A DNA stretch of 64,000 nt from Octopus bimaculoides (Eukaryota), in contig NC_068981.1 of NCBI RefSeq assembly GCF_001194135.2, positions 100,743,965-100,807,964 on the forward strand. Reading direction: 5' to 3'. Under the pieces are notes generated by a model. That model made no database searches and was not told the origin of the DNA. It saw only the letters and a program-made list of their open reading frames with translations. A program made the position numbers and the translations under genes. Below are positions 1 to 50,142 of the stretch, piece by piece. Each line of letters starts with the position of its first letter. The stretch's first letter is position 1.

Positions 1-537
1 TATCAATAAAGGCTGCTATATAAAGTTGCCAACTGCTTTGAGTCAGTGAAGGTAAAAACAGGAGAAATAGAATGTTGATTTGATGAGATAGTACAAGGCA
101 TATTTTGTGTCTGTGTATGCATTGGTCACTTGGTTGTGTTGAGTCGTTTCTCTGTCTCATCTTGTTCGTGTCTGCAACTGCTACTGTTTTGTGTCACCAG
201 TCACTGCTTGCTCATCTTTGGCTAGGTGGCTAACCACTTGCTGGTTGCATGCCTGGTGTGTGTCTAAGGAAACTGTATTTATAATGGTCTTTCTAGCTAG
301 AAGGATGGATATACCATAGGAGTAGTTTGTACTTGTTTAGGTTACCTGTTGTCCACTTGAACTTTTTGTGACACAGTCAGATCAGAGGTCGAGTGGAAAC
401 TCATCCATCACTTTTTGATAGGATAAGGAAATTTCTTTTGTGCCCGTTTGGCCAGTGGTGGATTGTGCGAGTGAGAATTCTTAGATTCGGTTTTGAATCA
501 CAGCCCAAAAAATAAAATGTAGTTCCCACATAAATTT

Positions 538-743
538 AATTATAATAAGAGCACTAATGAAAAGCACCACATGCTAGAAGTAGATGCCAAATGGCTCTAA
601 GAACTACATTATTTATTCCATTAGCACACATTGAAAGTGAGGAAAGTGAACAAAGATTTTTTTTTTAAATACTGTAGTTCTTAGAGCCATTAGGCATCTA
701 CTTTTAGCATGTGGCACTGTTCATTAGTGCCCTTATTATAATT
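538..743. mobile_element. Foldback/MITE-like element with 71-bp terminal inverted repeats
   Basis: 538-608 versus reverse complement of 673-743: 65/71 identical; 64-bp spacer. Confidence 0.7.
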
Positions 744-779
744 GTATTTATATAATTATATATTTGTATATATATATAT

Positions 780-916
780 ATATATTTACAACAGACTTCA
801 TTCAGTTTCTGTCTCGCAAATCCACTCACAAGGTTTTGGTTGGCCCGAGGCTATGGTAGAAGACACTTGCTCAAAGTGCCATGCAGTGGGACTCAACCAG
901 GAACCATGTTGCAAGT
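780..916 (-). mobile_element. SINE family A, 5' half
   Basis: Reverse complement matches the head of the full copies (AAATCCACTCACAAGG...AGAAGACACTTGC). Confidence 0.8.
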
Positions 917-934
917 AATTGATACATGGTTTGG

Positions 935-1230
935 GAAGAATGAAGAATAGTGTCATCTGTGTAAGAGTAGATATTGATAGATGTAATACTGAGTAAGTCA
1001 TTGATAAGAGAAGAGAGTGGGTTATGAAACTGAATTCTGGAACATGCTAGAGTTCTTAAAATGGGAGGTAGAAAGGATGGTACGATAATACAATCTGATA
1101 GAAAGCTACCAATCCAGTAGATGAGACAGATGAAGCCCACAGGCTGACACTTTTGATAAGAAATTTGCATGCTACTCACAGTTGGCGGCTCTGTGGACAT
1201 TGAAGTGAATAACATTGCTTTCACACAATT
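935..1230 (-). pseudogene. Degenerate non-LTR retrotransposon reverse transcriptase fragment (CR1/L2/Jockey-like)
   Basis: WIGSFLSD...LINDLL...IYSYTDDTILH resembles RT motifs (YADD box degenerated to YTDD). Confidence 0.7.
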
Positions 1231-1439
1231 TCTCCAAGGTGAGAGCCCACTAGGAGATAGGTCAGTAGTGAACCTGGCTTTACAGAAACTTACTGGTGGT
1301 CATTAAGGGGAGAGAGAGAGAGAGAGAGAGATTCACAGTGCTGGAGGACGTCATTGCTAATTGCTGTCTCCAGGGTCGGCTGAAATCTTCATAAGCTGAA
1401 ATATTCATGGAATGGGAGCAAATGAAGTTCATTTTTTAA

Positions 1440-1810
1440 CATAGTTCCTCTTACTGTCCACACACTTCCTTCAGTAATTGCAGTGCTTGGGTCACACTGG
1501 TGAAGAAGCTACCCTGTTGGTCAAAAGAGTCATCAACAGCAGATAAGATGTCATCATCACAGCGATACTGGTGCCCAGCCGAGGGTTTTAATGTTGGGAA
1601 ACAGATGATAATCAGATAGAACCAAATCACTAACCTAGGGAGGGTGATCAACCATTTCAAAGTCAGTCATGCACAGCAGCCATTGAAACCAAGGACTTGT
1701 CTACTGAAGCAGTGTCCTAATGAAACAAGACGCCATTCATCAGTTTGTCTGGGTGCTTGGTCTTGATAGCTTTTCAGAACTGCCTTAGCAAGTTGTCATT
1801 GAACATTCCA
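1440..1810 (-). mobile_element. Mariner transposase C-terminal relic
   Basis: Frameshifted GVLFH*D...DHPP..DL..SDYHLFP...YRCDDDILSAVDDSFDQQ..FF...QAL. Confidence 0.7.
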
Positions 1811-2298
1811 TTGATCGTTTTGAAGATAGTCAATAAACACAATATTTTTTGCATTAACATATAGCATGTGTAATAATGTGAAGTATATTTTGTATACTAA
1901 AATGTTTAATTTCAGAAATTTATCAAGCGAGCAAACATAAGCAATAAAAATACAAATTGCAAGTGTTTCAAAATGTGGGACACTACATGAAAAAAACTAA
2001 CAAAAAAGAAACAAAATAGTGGTGTTTGTCTTCCAAAGGTACGATGAGAGGGCTCTATGTGGTGTGTCACTGAATGGGAACAGAAGTGGGGTGTGTGACA
2101 TTACATTGACTAATAACCATAAAATAGTGCACAGAGAGTCCACACACATGCACGCACACACACACACACACACACAACACTTAGCATTGTAGGTGTTCTA
2201 ATACCCTCTGTCATATTTAATGACAATTATAGCTTCCCTCTCTGGTGATTCATTGCTAAACCACTGCCTAATTTAATTGTATATATACATATATTCTT

Positions 2299-2413
2299 CT
2301 ACTCTTTTACTTGTTTCAGTCATTTACTGCAGCCATGCTGGAGCACCGCCTTAATGTGTTTTAGTCGAAGAAATAGACCCCAGGACTTACTCTTTGTAAG
2401 CCTAGTACGTATT
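2299..2413 (-). mobile_element. SINE family A, 3' half
   Basis: ACTCTTTTACTTGTTTCAGTCATT...GCCATGCTGGAGCACC tail motif. Confidence 0.8.
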
Positions 2414-3531
2414 CAGTAGTATATATTTCTTTGGGAATTTTATGACCAGCCTTATCAGTTAAGATTTTGGACTTTTTATTTATTTTTGTCCTTTGTTCTA
2501 GTTTTGAGAAGAAACCTAACTTCAAGCAACTTTTTACAGATTAATTTTTAGACACTATTTTCTAATCATGGCAAAGTATGTAGGGGGTGCAAATTTTGAT
2601 TTTACACCCGCTAAAAATTTTAGGGGGTGCAAGCGCACCCCCTGTTCCCGGGCCCTTGGCAGTCTCCATTATCTTAGAGATATTGGAAGTTAGTTTGAGA
2701 GGGTAACAGTAGCCAGGGTTAGAGAAATTATCTTTCTTGAAATGGGACACACTGTTATTCATTTTCAAATATCAAAGTTGATCCCGAAAGGAAGGGAATG
2801 ATTGAAGAGCTTGGTAGGTAGGTATACATATTGTGTCTGTATACACCAGGTATATACTTGCATATATTTATATGCATATGTTGTGTGCTAAGGTAGTATT
2901 TTGATGACTACTATTGAAAAGTTAAGAATAGAGCCCCCTATATACCCACAATTTCGAATGGAAGACGATGATTAACTGTCGTGGCGTTGTGGGTGGGTCT
3001 GTTGATCATTGTTAGTTAAACATTTGGCGACTAATGGCTAATATTTAAAAAAAAGTTACAATAGCCTGGGACATGGTAACACAACATATTTCCAGTTTTA
3101 CTATTACTTTTACAGAGTTCTAGGTATCGTTTAATGTCAGAAAACTTCAAGGTTACATAAACTTGTCCTTTGAAATTAAGAGCTATAAATTCATCTAAAA
3201 ATAGATAACTGGAAAACACAGAGAAAGCTATTACATTAAAACACACAGAAAGCTATTACATTAAATTTAGTTGACAATAATTTAAGAATTTTACTAGCGT
3301 TTCTGATATTTTTGTTTACTTTTTTTAAACATATCTTTGTGAGTGAGATCGATTTTGGCACATTGCAGCTTCCATAGTTATTCATAAGCTGTCTACCTGT
3401 CTTACTGACAATCTGTCTGCTGGAGTCTGAAGCAGCACACCTCGAATGAATACATATTACATGTCTTTTTAGGTACTAAACAGATTTAACACACTTATAT
3501 ATTAGAAAGTAGATCTTGAAGGTGGAGCAAA

Positions 3532-40904
<37,373 letters not shown>

Positions 40905-41099
40905 ATTTCTTTAATATTTCTAATGTACTGATCCATGAGATTTATAATGTTTCTTTCTATATTTCAACTCTTATTATGTTATTACTTTTAGCTATTTTGA
41001 ATACCAAATCACAGGAGGAAATAATTTGCTGCTGCTACTACTACTGCTACTGCTACTGCTACTACTACTTCTACTACAACAACATTTAGTTACATCACT

Positions 41100-42240
41100 T
41101 TACATTCTGATTTCAAATGTTTTTCTTCTTCTCAGGGTTGATAAGTTTGCAATAAGAACAGGAGTTCAATTTAATTGATGGTACTTCCCACCAACACATT
41201 TGTAGCCTTTTGCCAATATAAGAAAATTTTATTAATATTATTATTGTAAAGACAGTGAACTGGCAAAATCATTAGCATGCCAGACAAAATGCTTAGCAGG
41301 ATTTCATCTGTCTTCACAGTCGAAGTTGAAATTCTGTTGAGGTTGACTTTGCCATTCATCCTTTTAGGGTTAGTAAAATAAATACCAGTCACGTATTGAG
41401 GTTGATGGTATTGACTAGTACCTTCTCACTGAAATTACTGGCCTTATGCCTTACTTAGTAACAATTATCATTAAAGGAAGCTGATTAGTAGAGTCAGTAG
41501 ATTTCAGTGGTAGTATTTAGTTACAATCTTTTACATTCTGCTGTTGTTAACTTTGCCTTTCTTCTTTCCAGAGTCGATAAAACAGAATACCAGTTATGTA
41601 CTGGGGTTAATTTAATCAACTAACCCTTCTATTAATGTTTCTGGCCTTGTGACTAAATCAAAAACAATTATTATTATTACCTAAGGCAATGGTGAGCTGG
41701 CAGAATCATTAGAGCATTATATTCTGAGTTCAAATTCTGCCAAGGTCAACTTTGCCTTTCATTCGTCCAGGGTCGATAAAGTAAAGTACCAGTTAAGTGG
41801 GGTTGATGTAATTGTCTATTCCTCCTTCCTAAATTGCTGGCCTTGTGCCAAAATTGAAGTCGTTTTGGGGTCGATGAAATAAGAACCGGTTGAACACTGG
41901 AGTCAATACAACCGACTAATCCCTTTCTTAAAATTTCAGGCCTTGTGCCCATAATAGAAAGCATTATTATTATCATTATTATTATTAAGGCAGCAGGCTG
42001 GCAGAATCATTAGCATGCCGAATGAAATGCTTAACAGTATTTTGTCCATTGCTATGTTCTGAGCTCAAATTCCACTGAGGTTGACTTTGCCTTTCAGCCT
42101 TTTGGGGTCGATAAATTAAGTACCAGTTGAGCACTGGGGTTGATGTAATCAACTTGCCACTCCCCTCCTCCTAAATTTCAGGGCTTGTGCCTATAGTAGA
42201 AAGAATCATTATTATCAAAGAATCATTATTAATTAATTAA
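41100..42240 (+). mobile_element. Head-to-tail cluster of about 5 SINE family B copies and fragments downstream of the GMPR stop codon
   Basis: Repeated CTGGCAGAATC / GTTGACTTTGCC / AGTACCAGTT / GCCTTGTG motifs separated by (ATT)n. Confidence 0.85.
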
Positions 42241-42533
42241 TTATTCTAAATACATCTTGCAATTAAATACTGGTTTAGATTGGATTTGTATAGTTTTGAA
42301 AAATTTAAACTTGATTATATTAAAGGATATAAAATGCATATTCAGTTATGCTTACAAATGCAATCACTTACACACACACATATATGCACACACCCATACA
42401 AATATACATACACATAAGCACATACACATTCACATACAAACACACATATATATATATAAAACTAGTACACAAACAAGACAAAGAAAGGATGTCACTGTTT
42501 AAAATTGTTGAATGATATTGTTTTAAAAATTTG

Positions 42534-42539
42534 AATAAA
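42534..42539 (+). promoter_or_regulatory. Candidate GMPR polyadenylation signal (AATAAA followed by T-rich sequence)
   Basis: AATAAA about 1.6 kb after the stop, outside the SINE cluster; an alternative AATAAA lies at 41377-41382 inside a SINE copy. Confidence 0.35.
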
Positions 42540-42588
42540 GATTTTTATGTATTAGAAATAATGACTGCAAAGTTCATACTGGCATGCA

Positions 42589-42639
<51 letters not shown>

Positions 42640-43440
42640 TTAATGTCTCTGTAATCCTAGTGTCAGTAGCTTTAACTTAAGATATCTGCCAGAATATATT
42701 ACAGGCAACATTCTCAGATCTCCTGCCTATTTCTTGATGGTCAGGTGCATTCAGGTATGTAGGTGTCGTTTAGATCCTGGTTAATCCTCCTGATCAAGGT
42801 GGTTTATGACCAAAGGCACTCCAGTTATAATTGTTTTATCTTTTGAGGAGTATCTAAGACCACGTTATCTAATGTGGCCTTTCCATTTTCTTTTTTTCAA
42901 GATGATAGAGCAAGATTTGGTTGCTATTTCTATCAGGGCAAGTAACTATGTAGAGGCTTTGTTGGTTAATAACATAAAGTTTCCTTTCTAAGCTGTGGCA
43001 TTTCATTGTCACTGATAGTCCAACAAAATGTCTCTTGTCTGTAGTGGGTAAAATCATGGGATTTTAACTTGATGTCTTACCTTTACACTCATTGTATGCA
43101 TGTGTAAGTGATTGTTTATTTGTGTGTGTGTGTGTGTGTGTGTGTTTGTGTACAGAATCTACTGCACAATGATTCAAATCCTAGACCCAATTGTAACTGT
43201 TTCACTTCACTTGTGTTAGAAATGGTTCTAGAGAAGGCATAAATGTCACACAATTGCATTTTTTGCTTTCCTTGAAATCTGATTCTGCAGATTACAAATA
43301 TGGACAATCATAAAATACAGACATTTGATGACTAACTCTATTTAATCTGTATTTTAAACAAGTACATGTGTGTGTGTACATATATACACACATATGTATA
43401 TACATTTATACATATACTTACATATATACATGTGTATATA

Positions 43441-43569
43441 TATTATTTACGTTATTTACATTTGACGGATATTTGTCTTCATCTTGCTTGTTGTTAACAC
43501 AACGTTTCAGCTGATATACTCTCCAGCCTTCATCCCCAAGACACCTGATGAAGGCTGGAGGGTATATCA
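43441..43569. repeat. Penelope-like terminal repeat fragment with an inverted tail; contains two halves of a hammerhead on opposite strands
   Basis: 43512-43534 versus 43547-43569 are 22/23 inverted; partial copies of the same repeat at ~7490-7550 and ~33770-33822. Confidence 0.7.
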
Positions 43570-43593
43570 CTATGTATATATATACACTATGTA

Positions 43594-43630
<37 letters not shown>

Positions 43631-43762
43631 CAATATATTATAAATTAACTACCAACAAAAGTAATTGGTAAGCTAACTTAAAAAATCATCACCTAAATAG
43701 CAGAAAAAAACGACAGTGAAGATATGCAGACTCTTCAAGAATCGATCCTTTTGGTAATATTA

Positions 43763-44104
43763 ATAATAATAAAGGAGTTACGACGCAAAAACGTATAAAT
43801 TCAAAAGAACATATTTATCTTCTTCAATATATATTTCAGTATAAAGAATTCATTAAGATGCTTAAATCAAAATTTCTTTACACATCATTCAGGAACAGAT
43901 ATAACATCAGAAAAAATACACTCCGTTTAAAAACACAAACCGTTCATGTATTTTTTCTGATGTTATATCTGTTCCTGAATGATGTGTAAAGAAATTTTGA
44001 TTTAAGCATCTTAATGAATTCTTTATACTGAAATATATATTGAAGAAGATAAATATGTTCTTTTGAATTTATACGTTTTTGCGTCGTAACTCCTTTATTA
44101 TTAT
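43763..44104. repeat. Perfect 158-bp inverted repeat with a 26-nt spacer
   Basis: 43763-43920 is the exact reverse complement of 43947-44104 by manual comparison. Confidence 0.93.
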
Positions 44105-44737
44105 ATATATATATATATATATGCTTCCTTATTTCTTGTCTTCATATGACAAATCCTCCATCTGTTCGACACTAATGGCACTTTTTAAAGAACATTGGCA
44201 ACATGGGATGCATACAGGTAGGTGATCAGAAAAATGTGAAAAAAATGTGACTGTTCCTACCTTGCACCTTTTGTGTACCGCTTCAAAACTAGCGAAACTA
44301 TGGAAGCTGTGGCATTTCGTTGTTGCAGATAGCCCAATGAAATATCTGCCACAACGAAATCTCTGCTGCCCATTTGTGGTTTCAAGAAGTTTGAGTTCTA
44401 ATTATAATGAGGCCAAGCTGCGTCAGATGACCATACTCGCCCTCTTGTTCCTGGTGTCCTGGACCCAGCAGCAAGATGGACTGAGATGATTGGCAAGTAT
44501 GCCAGGGACATGATGCAGTGGAATGACCAGGCCAATATATGCATCATCCTGAGTTACCAAGCAACATTGTCGGATATTGACTCTTCTGCTTGTTGAGACT
44601 TCATGATTGATGGTTGGGTTTCTTAGGCATAGTCTGTTGGAAATCCAGTCTTCACATGCTTAGGATGTCAAGCCTTCAACTTGAGTGTAAGACTTGTCTA
44701 TCCTCAACATGTATGTATGTATGGATGTGTAGTAAGT

Positions 44738-45134
44738 AGGAGTGGCTGTGTGGTAAGTAGCTTGCTTACGAACCACATGGTTCCAGGTTCATTCCCACTG
44801 CGTGGCACCTTGGGCAAGTGTCTTCTACTATAGCCTCGGGCCGACCAAAGCCTTGTGAGTGGATTTGGTAGACGGAAACTGAAAGAAGCTTGTCGTATAT
44901 ATGCATATATATGTATGTGTGTGTATATGTTTGTGTGTCTGTGTTTGTCCCCCCAACATTGCTTGACAACTGATGCTGGTGTGTTTACGTCCCCGTAACT
45001 TAGCGGTTCGGCAAAAAGAGACCGATAGAATAAGTACTAGGCTTACAAAGAATAAGTCCTGGGGTCGATTTGCTCGACTAAAGGCGGTACTCCAGCATGG
45101 CCACAGTCAAAATGACTGAAACAAGTAAAAGAGT
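44738..45134 (+). mobile_element. SINE family A, full length
   Basis: Colinear with consensus. Confidence 0.9.
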
Positions 45135-46948
45135 ATGTATGTATGTATGTACGTACGTACGAATGAACATGATTGCTTTGTGGGCAATCTGTTATAGAAC
45201 ATGTTGGTCACCATGTGTGTATGTGTGTGTATATAAATTTATATATGTATATGTGAGTGTGTGTGTGTGTACATATATAGACACACACATATATTTGTGT
45301 GTGCGTGCACATGTTACTACATGTTCCTGTCTTTGTGGTACTGTGTTAGAGAATGTTGAATGCTGAGAGGAATTAATTGAAATAGTTTATCATAATGTTT
45401 TATTGTTTTTTTTTTTTTATAACTTGTAAATACTACTTTCTTTGTAATGGAGCATTTCAGATATTTAAACATCTTAATATTTATGAAGACAAGGGTTCTG
45501 TATTGGCAGAAACGATAGTGCCACCATAACTGGTAGGGGCATTAATTTAAGTCCGTTAATGTTCTGGGTTCACATACAAACGGGACTGACCTTTGCATTT
45601 GCCTCTTCACAGTTGATAATATAAGCACTAGCGGTACGTTGGTGTGGCCTTGTAACAAACCAATATTCATCAAATCCATTATTTTGAATGTGTTTAGNNN
45701 NNNNNNNNNNNNNNNNNNNNNNNNNNNNNNNNNNNNNNNNNNNNNNNNNNNNNNNNNNNNNNNNNNNNNNNNNNNNNNNNNNNNNNNNNNNNNNNNNNNN
45801 NNNNNNNNNNNNNNNNNNNNNNNNNNNNNNNNNNNNNNNNNNNNNNNNNNNNNNNNNNNNNNNNNNNNNNNNNNNNNNNNNNNNNNNNNNNNNNNNNNNN
45901 NNNNNNNNNNNNNNNNNNNNNNNNNNNNNNNNNNNNNNNNNNNNNNNNNNNNNNNNNNNNNNNNNNNNNNNNNNNNNNNNNNNNNNNNNNNNNNNNNNNN
46001 NNNNNNNNNNNNNNNNNNNNNNNNNNNNNNNNNNNNNNNNNNNNNNNNNNNNNNNNNNNNNNNNNNNNNNNNNNNNNNNNNNNNNNNNNNNNNNNNNNNN
46101 NNNNNNNNNNNNNNNNNNNNNNNNNNNNNNNNNNNNNNNNNNNNNNNNNNNNNNNNNNNNNNNNNNNNNNNNNNNNNNNNNNNNNNNNNNNNNNNNNNNN
46201 NNNNNNNNNNNNNNNNNNNNNNNNNNNNNNNNNNNNNNNNNNNNNNNNNNNNNNNNNNNNNNNNNNNNNNNNNNNNNNNNNNNNNNNNNNNNNNNNNNNN
46301 NNNNNNNNNNNNNNNNNNNNNNNNNNNNNNNNNNNNNNNNNNNNNNNNNNNNNNNNNNNNNNNNNNNNNNNNNNNNNNNNNNNNNNNNNNNNNNNNNNNN
46401 NNNNNNNNNNNNNNNNNNNNNNNNNNNNNNNNNNNNNNNNNNNNNNNNNNNNNNNNNNNNNNNNNNNNNNNNNNNNNNNNNNNNNNNNNNNNNNNNCCGA
46501 GATAATCTACTATAATAATACTTTTGTGTTTATGAATGAGAAAGGAAGGGGTGATAGATGAATAAGGAAGGAAGGGGGGATGTCATACTTGGTGGTGGGA
46601 TGATGAAAATTGTATGCTGAAAAAATAAATCAAACAGTGTTTCAACTCAGTGTGAATATGTGTGTGTGTGTGTATGTAAAAGGGGTGTGTGTGTATGTGT
46701 GTGTGCATATGCGCGCGCAATGGAAGTGATATGGTTCATTGTAGTTCGCTTAGTATTTGGGTTGAATTTTTGATTTGGTTGAATCTTAGTTGTATTTTTT
46801 TGTTTTTGGTTGGTCAGTTATTTTTAGCGTTTTGACAGAAAAAAGTAATTCTAAAATTGTTTTTTAACGTAAGTGTACCCAAACAAGTCAAATGCTTACA
46901 CGGAGCAGGTTTTACAGCCACATCATCCAAACCGACCGGGTTAGCTGC

Positions 46949-46986
<38 letters not shown>

Positions 46987-46987
<1 letters not shown>

Positions 46988-47225
46988 ATCTATTTGTCTT
47001 CCTCTATCTTTCTATCTATCCCTCTGTCCTGGCCGCTAATTCACTGCTATACCCTTCTGTCCCTTCCTCCTTGTTCCACTTCCTCCCTCCACCATCCTCT
47101 CTATCTATTTATCTATCTGTCTTCCTCTATCTTTCTATCTATCCTGCTGTCCTGGCCTCTACTTCACTGCTATACCCTTCTGTCCCTGCCTCCTTGTTCC
47201 ACTTCCTCCCTCCACCATCCTCTCT
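46987..47225 (+). repeat. ~123-bp tandem duplication, pyrimidine-rich
   Basis: Copies start at 46987 and 47110 and differ by a few substitutions. Confidence 0.85.
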
Positions 47226-47621
47226 GCTCTCGTGTGACCTGTGGTCAACTTTCTTTTCACTCCAGCCGCTGTGAAGGCAAGACGAACTACTAGCGTTCTA
47301 CCTCAGATTCGCGTTTGGCCGTACNNNNNNNNNNNNNNNNNNNNNNNNNNNNNNNNNNNNNNNNNNNNNNNNNNNNNNNNNNNNNNNNNNNNNNNNNNNN
47401 NNNNNNNNNNNNNNNNNNNNNNNNNNNNNNNNNNNNNNNNNNNNNNNNNNNNNNNNNNNNNNNNNNNNNNNNNNNNNNNNNNNNNNNNNNNNNNNNNNNN
47501 NNNNNNNNNNNNNNNNNNNNNNNNNNNNNNGTATGTACATATATGTGTGTATACATGTATATATATTCTTTGTATTATTACATTATTGAACGCACACGTC
47601 CTTTTTTGCAAGTAAGTCTAC

Positions 47622-47661
<40 letters not shown>

Positions 47662-48844
47662 TAAGTTGTTAAATCTGAACACACTCATAGATACGTACAT
47701 ACATGCACACGCATATATACTCATATACATATACTCCCACAGAAACTAAAGCAAAGAAATTTTTGAAAAATGTTGAATAAATGAATATAATAAAAGTTAA
47801 GTAAAATCATTTATGCATTTTTTTGTTTCCTTCCACATTTCATTTTTTTTCAGAACGCTTTTGTTACAGCATAAAAGTTTGATGAAATTCAGAGTTGTAT
47901 CCCTTCATCAAAATAGCGTTCATGTGAACAAGAAAAAAAAGCAGAAGAAAAACAAACAAAAATAGTTAAAAAAATAGCTTGATCGGTGAACGGATGAAAA
48001 GTAGAATTAATGTTTACGAGATTTGAACTTAAACGACCATAACTCAGTATCACAAAAACTATTTTAGGATGCCTTATCAATTTGCCATCCATTGAGTTCT
48101 TCGACGAAATAACGATTTCATTTGTTGGCAAGACGGCAAAATCGTTAAATTCGTTGGACAAAATGCTTAGTATTTTTACCGGCTCTTTACGTTCTGAATT
48201 CAAAATTCTACCGGAATCAACTTTGGCTTTCATGCGTTTGGGTTCGATATAAGTATCAGCTGAGCACGGGTGGGATCGATATAATCCACTTCTTTGTCCT
48301 AAAATTGTCTCAAAGGCAACAAGAAAAGAATAAAGAGGAATCGTTTGGAATAGTTACCTCCCTTGCACTGCAACTCGTTAGCATATTCGTTTCAACGTGG
48401 ATTCTTTTAGACTGCTTTGAACATCAGAAATATAGAATATTAAAAGGTTTTAATTTAAAAAATTCAAATTTAACAATATCTTTAGATATAGAAACTGATT
48501 AGAATTAAGAAATTTACGGCTGCAGTAGTAATTGTATATGAATATATTTCTTTTGCATTTAAACGGTATAAATAATTTGAAAGCATTAGTTATTTCCCTT
48601 GTCTGAAACATTTCAGTTTCAACTTATTTAAACCCTTTTCCTATCTTGTGTATCTCATGTGATACATCGGAAATATTTACCCTTTATATATAATACACAT
48701 TCCCAATTTTTTTTAACCATCGGAGTAACTTGGAATTGTAAATGTATGAAACAAGACCCAAATAAAAAACCTGAAAACAGACATTAAAGGTTTAAGACGA
48801 ACTTACGAAAATTCTTTGGACAGGAAAAAGGTTAAGGATGAAAA

Positions 48845-49048
48845 CAGCAGTGGATCGACAGAATTGCTTAAGCGTCGGAAGAAATGCTTTGTGGTATTTG
48901 TTCTAGTTCTTTACATTCCGAGTTCAAATGCTGCCGAGGCCAACTTCACCTTTCGAAGTACCAATCAAGTATTGGAGTCGATGGTAGTCACTAACAAACC
49001 CCCCCACCCCACCTCAATATTGTTATCCGTGTGTCTGAATTAAAAACC
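48845..49048 (+). mobile_element. SINE family B with a 14-bp target-site duplication
   Basis: GTTAAGGATGAAAA at 48831-48844 and 49049-49062. Confidence 0.85.
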
Positions 49049-49207
49049 GTTAAGGATGAAAATGCAAATTAACACATGCAAATATAAGTCTGAGAGAGAA
49101 TAAACTTTTAATCTATAATCGTTAATCAGACAAAATATTTTTTTCGCCTATGGTACACCGGGAACTCTAGTTTACATGCAAATATATTCATACAAAATGT
49201 GTGTAAG

Positions 49208-49246
<39 letters not shown>

Positions 49247-49319
49247 TAATAGTAGTTGTAGTAGTAGAATAAGAAGCAGAAAGTCCTTGGTATAGTATTA
49301 TATATTTGTAACCAATAAA

Positions 49320-49447
49320 AATGGTTTTTCTGATAATTTTTTCACTTTAATCATTAGATCTTTATAAATTATTGGGTGTTTATGTGAACACCAAATAATT
49401 TATAAACATCTAATTATTAAAGTGGAAAAATTATCAGAAAAGCCATT
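49320..49447. repeat. ~128-bp near-perfect palindrome (about 6 mismatches per 63-bp arm)
   Basis: Direct reading; centre at 49383/49384. Confidence 0.85.
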
Positions 49448-50142
49448 TCTATTCATTTTTCATATATAGAATGATTGAGAAACGTGTTTAGTTTTGTTTC
49501 TATAGATGTGACATAAAAGAGTGACGAAGTGAAGAGAAACGAGTGCATCGAGTACTTTTGAATAGGGGTGGTATGCAGCTGGCTAAGTTCAAAGAAAACA
49601 AATTCATTGCCGTAATTGAAGAAGAGACAGATATATGAATCAGTATGTGTAGCATGTTAGAGAATTTTCACCGAACCAACTGAATGCATTCTTTTGAAGA
49701 CAATGTAAAATGTAGAAGCAACGTTGTTTCATATATATTAGCAATACTTTAATGTAATTGAGTTTTGTAGTAATTCGGGAGCTAATTATGTTTGAATTAT
49801 TTTCTGGTCTTGAAGAGGAAGCCTAGACTTTGTTGTGATTCAGATTTTACAATTTCATATATTTGAGATTGCCACGAGAAATCGTTAGAGATTCTGTGAC
49901 TCAGCATTTGAAGCAAGTTTGAAGTCTTTGATTGGAGTGTTAGAAATCCTTAGAAAGGACAGGATTTCCACGATATGTGGTCGGAGGATTATTTCCCTTA
50001 CATTATATATTTTAATTCTCTGTCCCCGGAATCAGCGGAAACACTGACATATCAGATTGCGTGCGAAAGATTAAATAAAAGTGAAATTATAAGAGTTGTG
50101 TCATTAGAGATCACATCACCTAGGTTGTTAATATACAGAATG

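Noticed and set aside
43720-43990. ~90-codon stop-free frame running through the inverted repeat
   Set aside because: No upstream start or homology recognised; likely chance
47870-47930. TGATGA inside a small stem as a C/D snoRNA
   Set aside because: No CTGA D box at a suitable position
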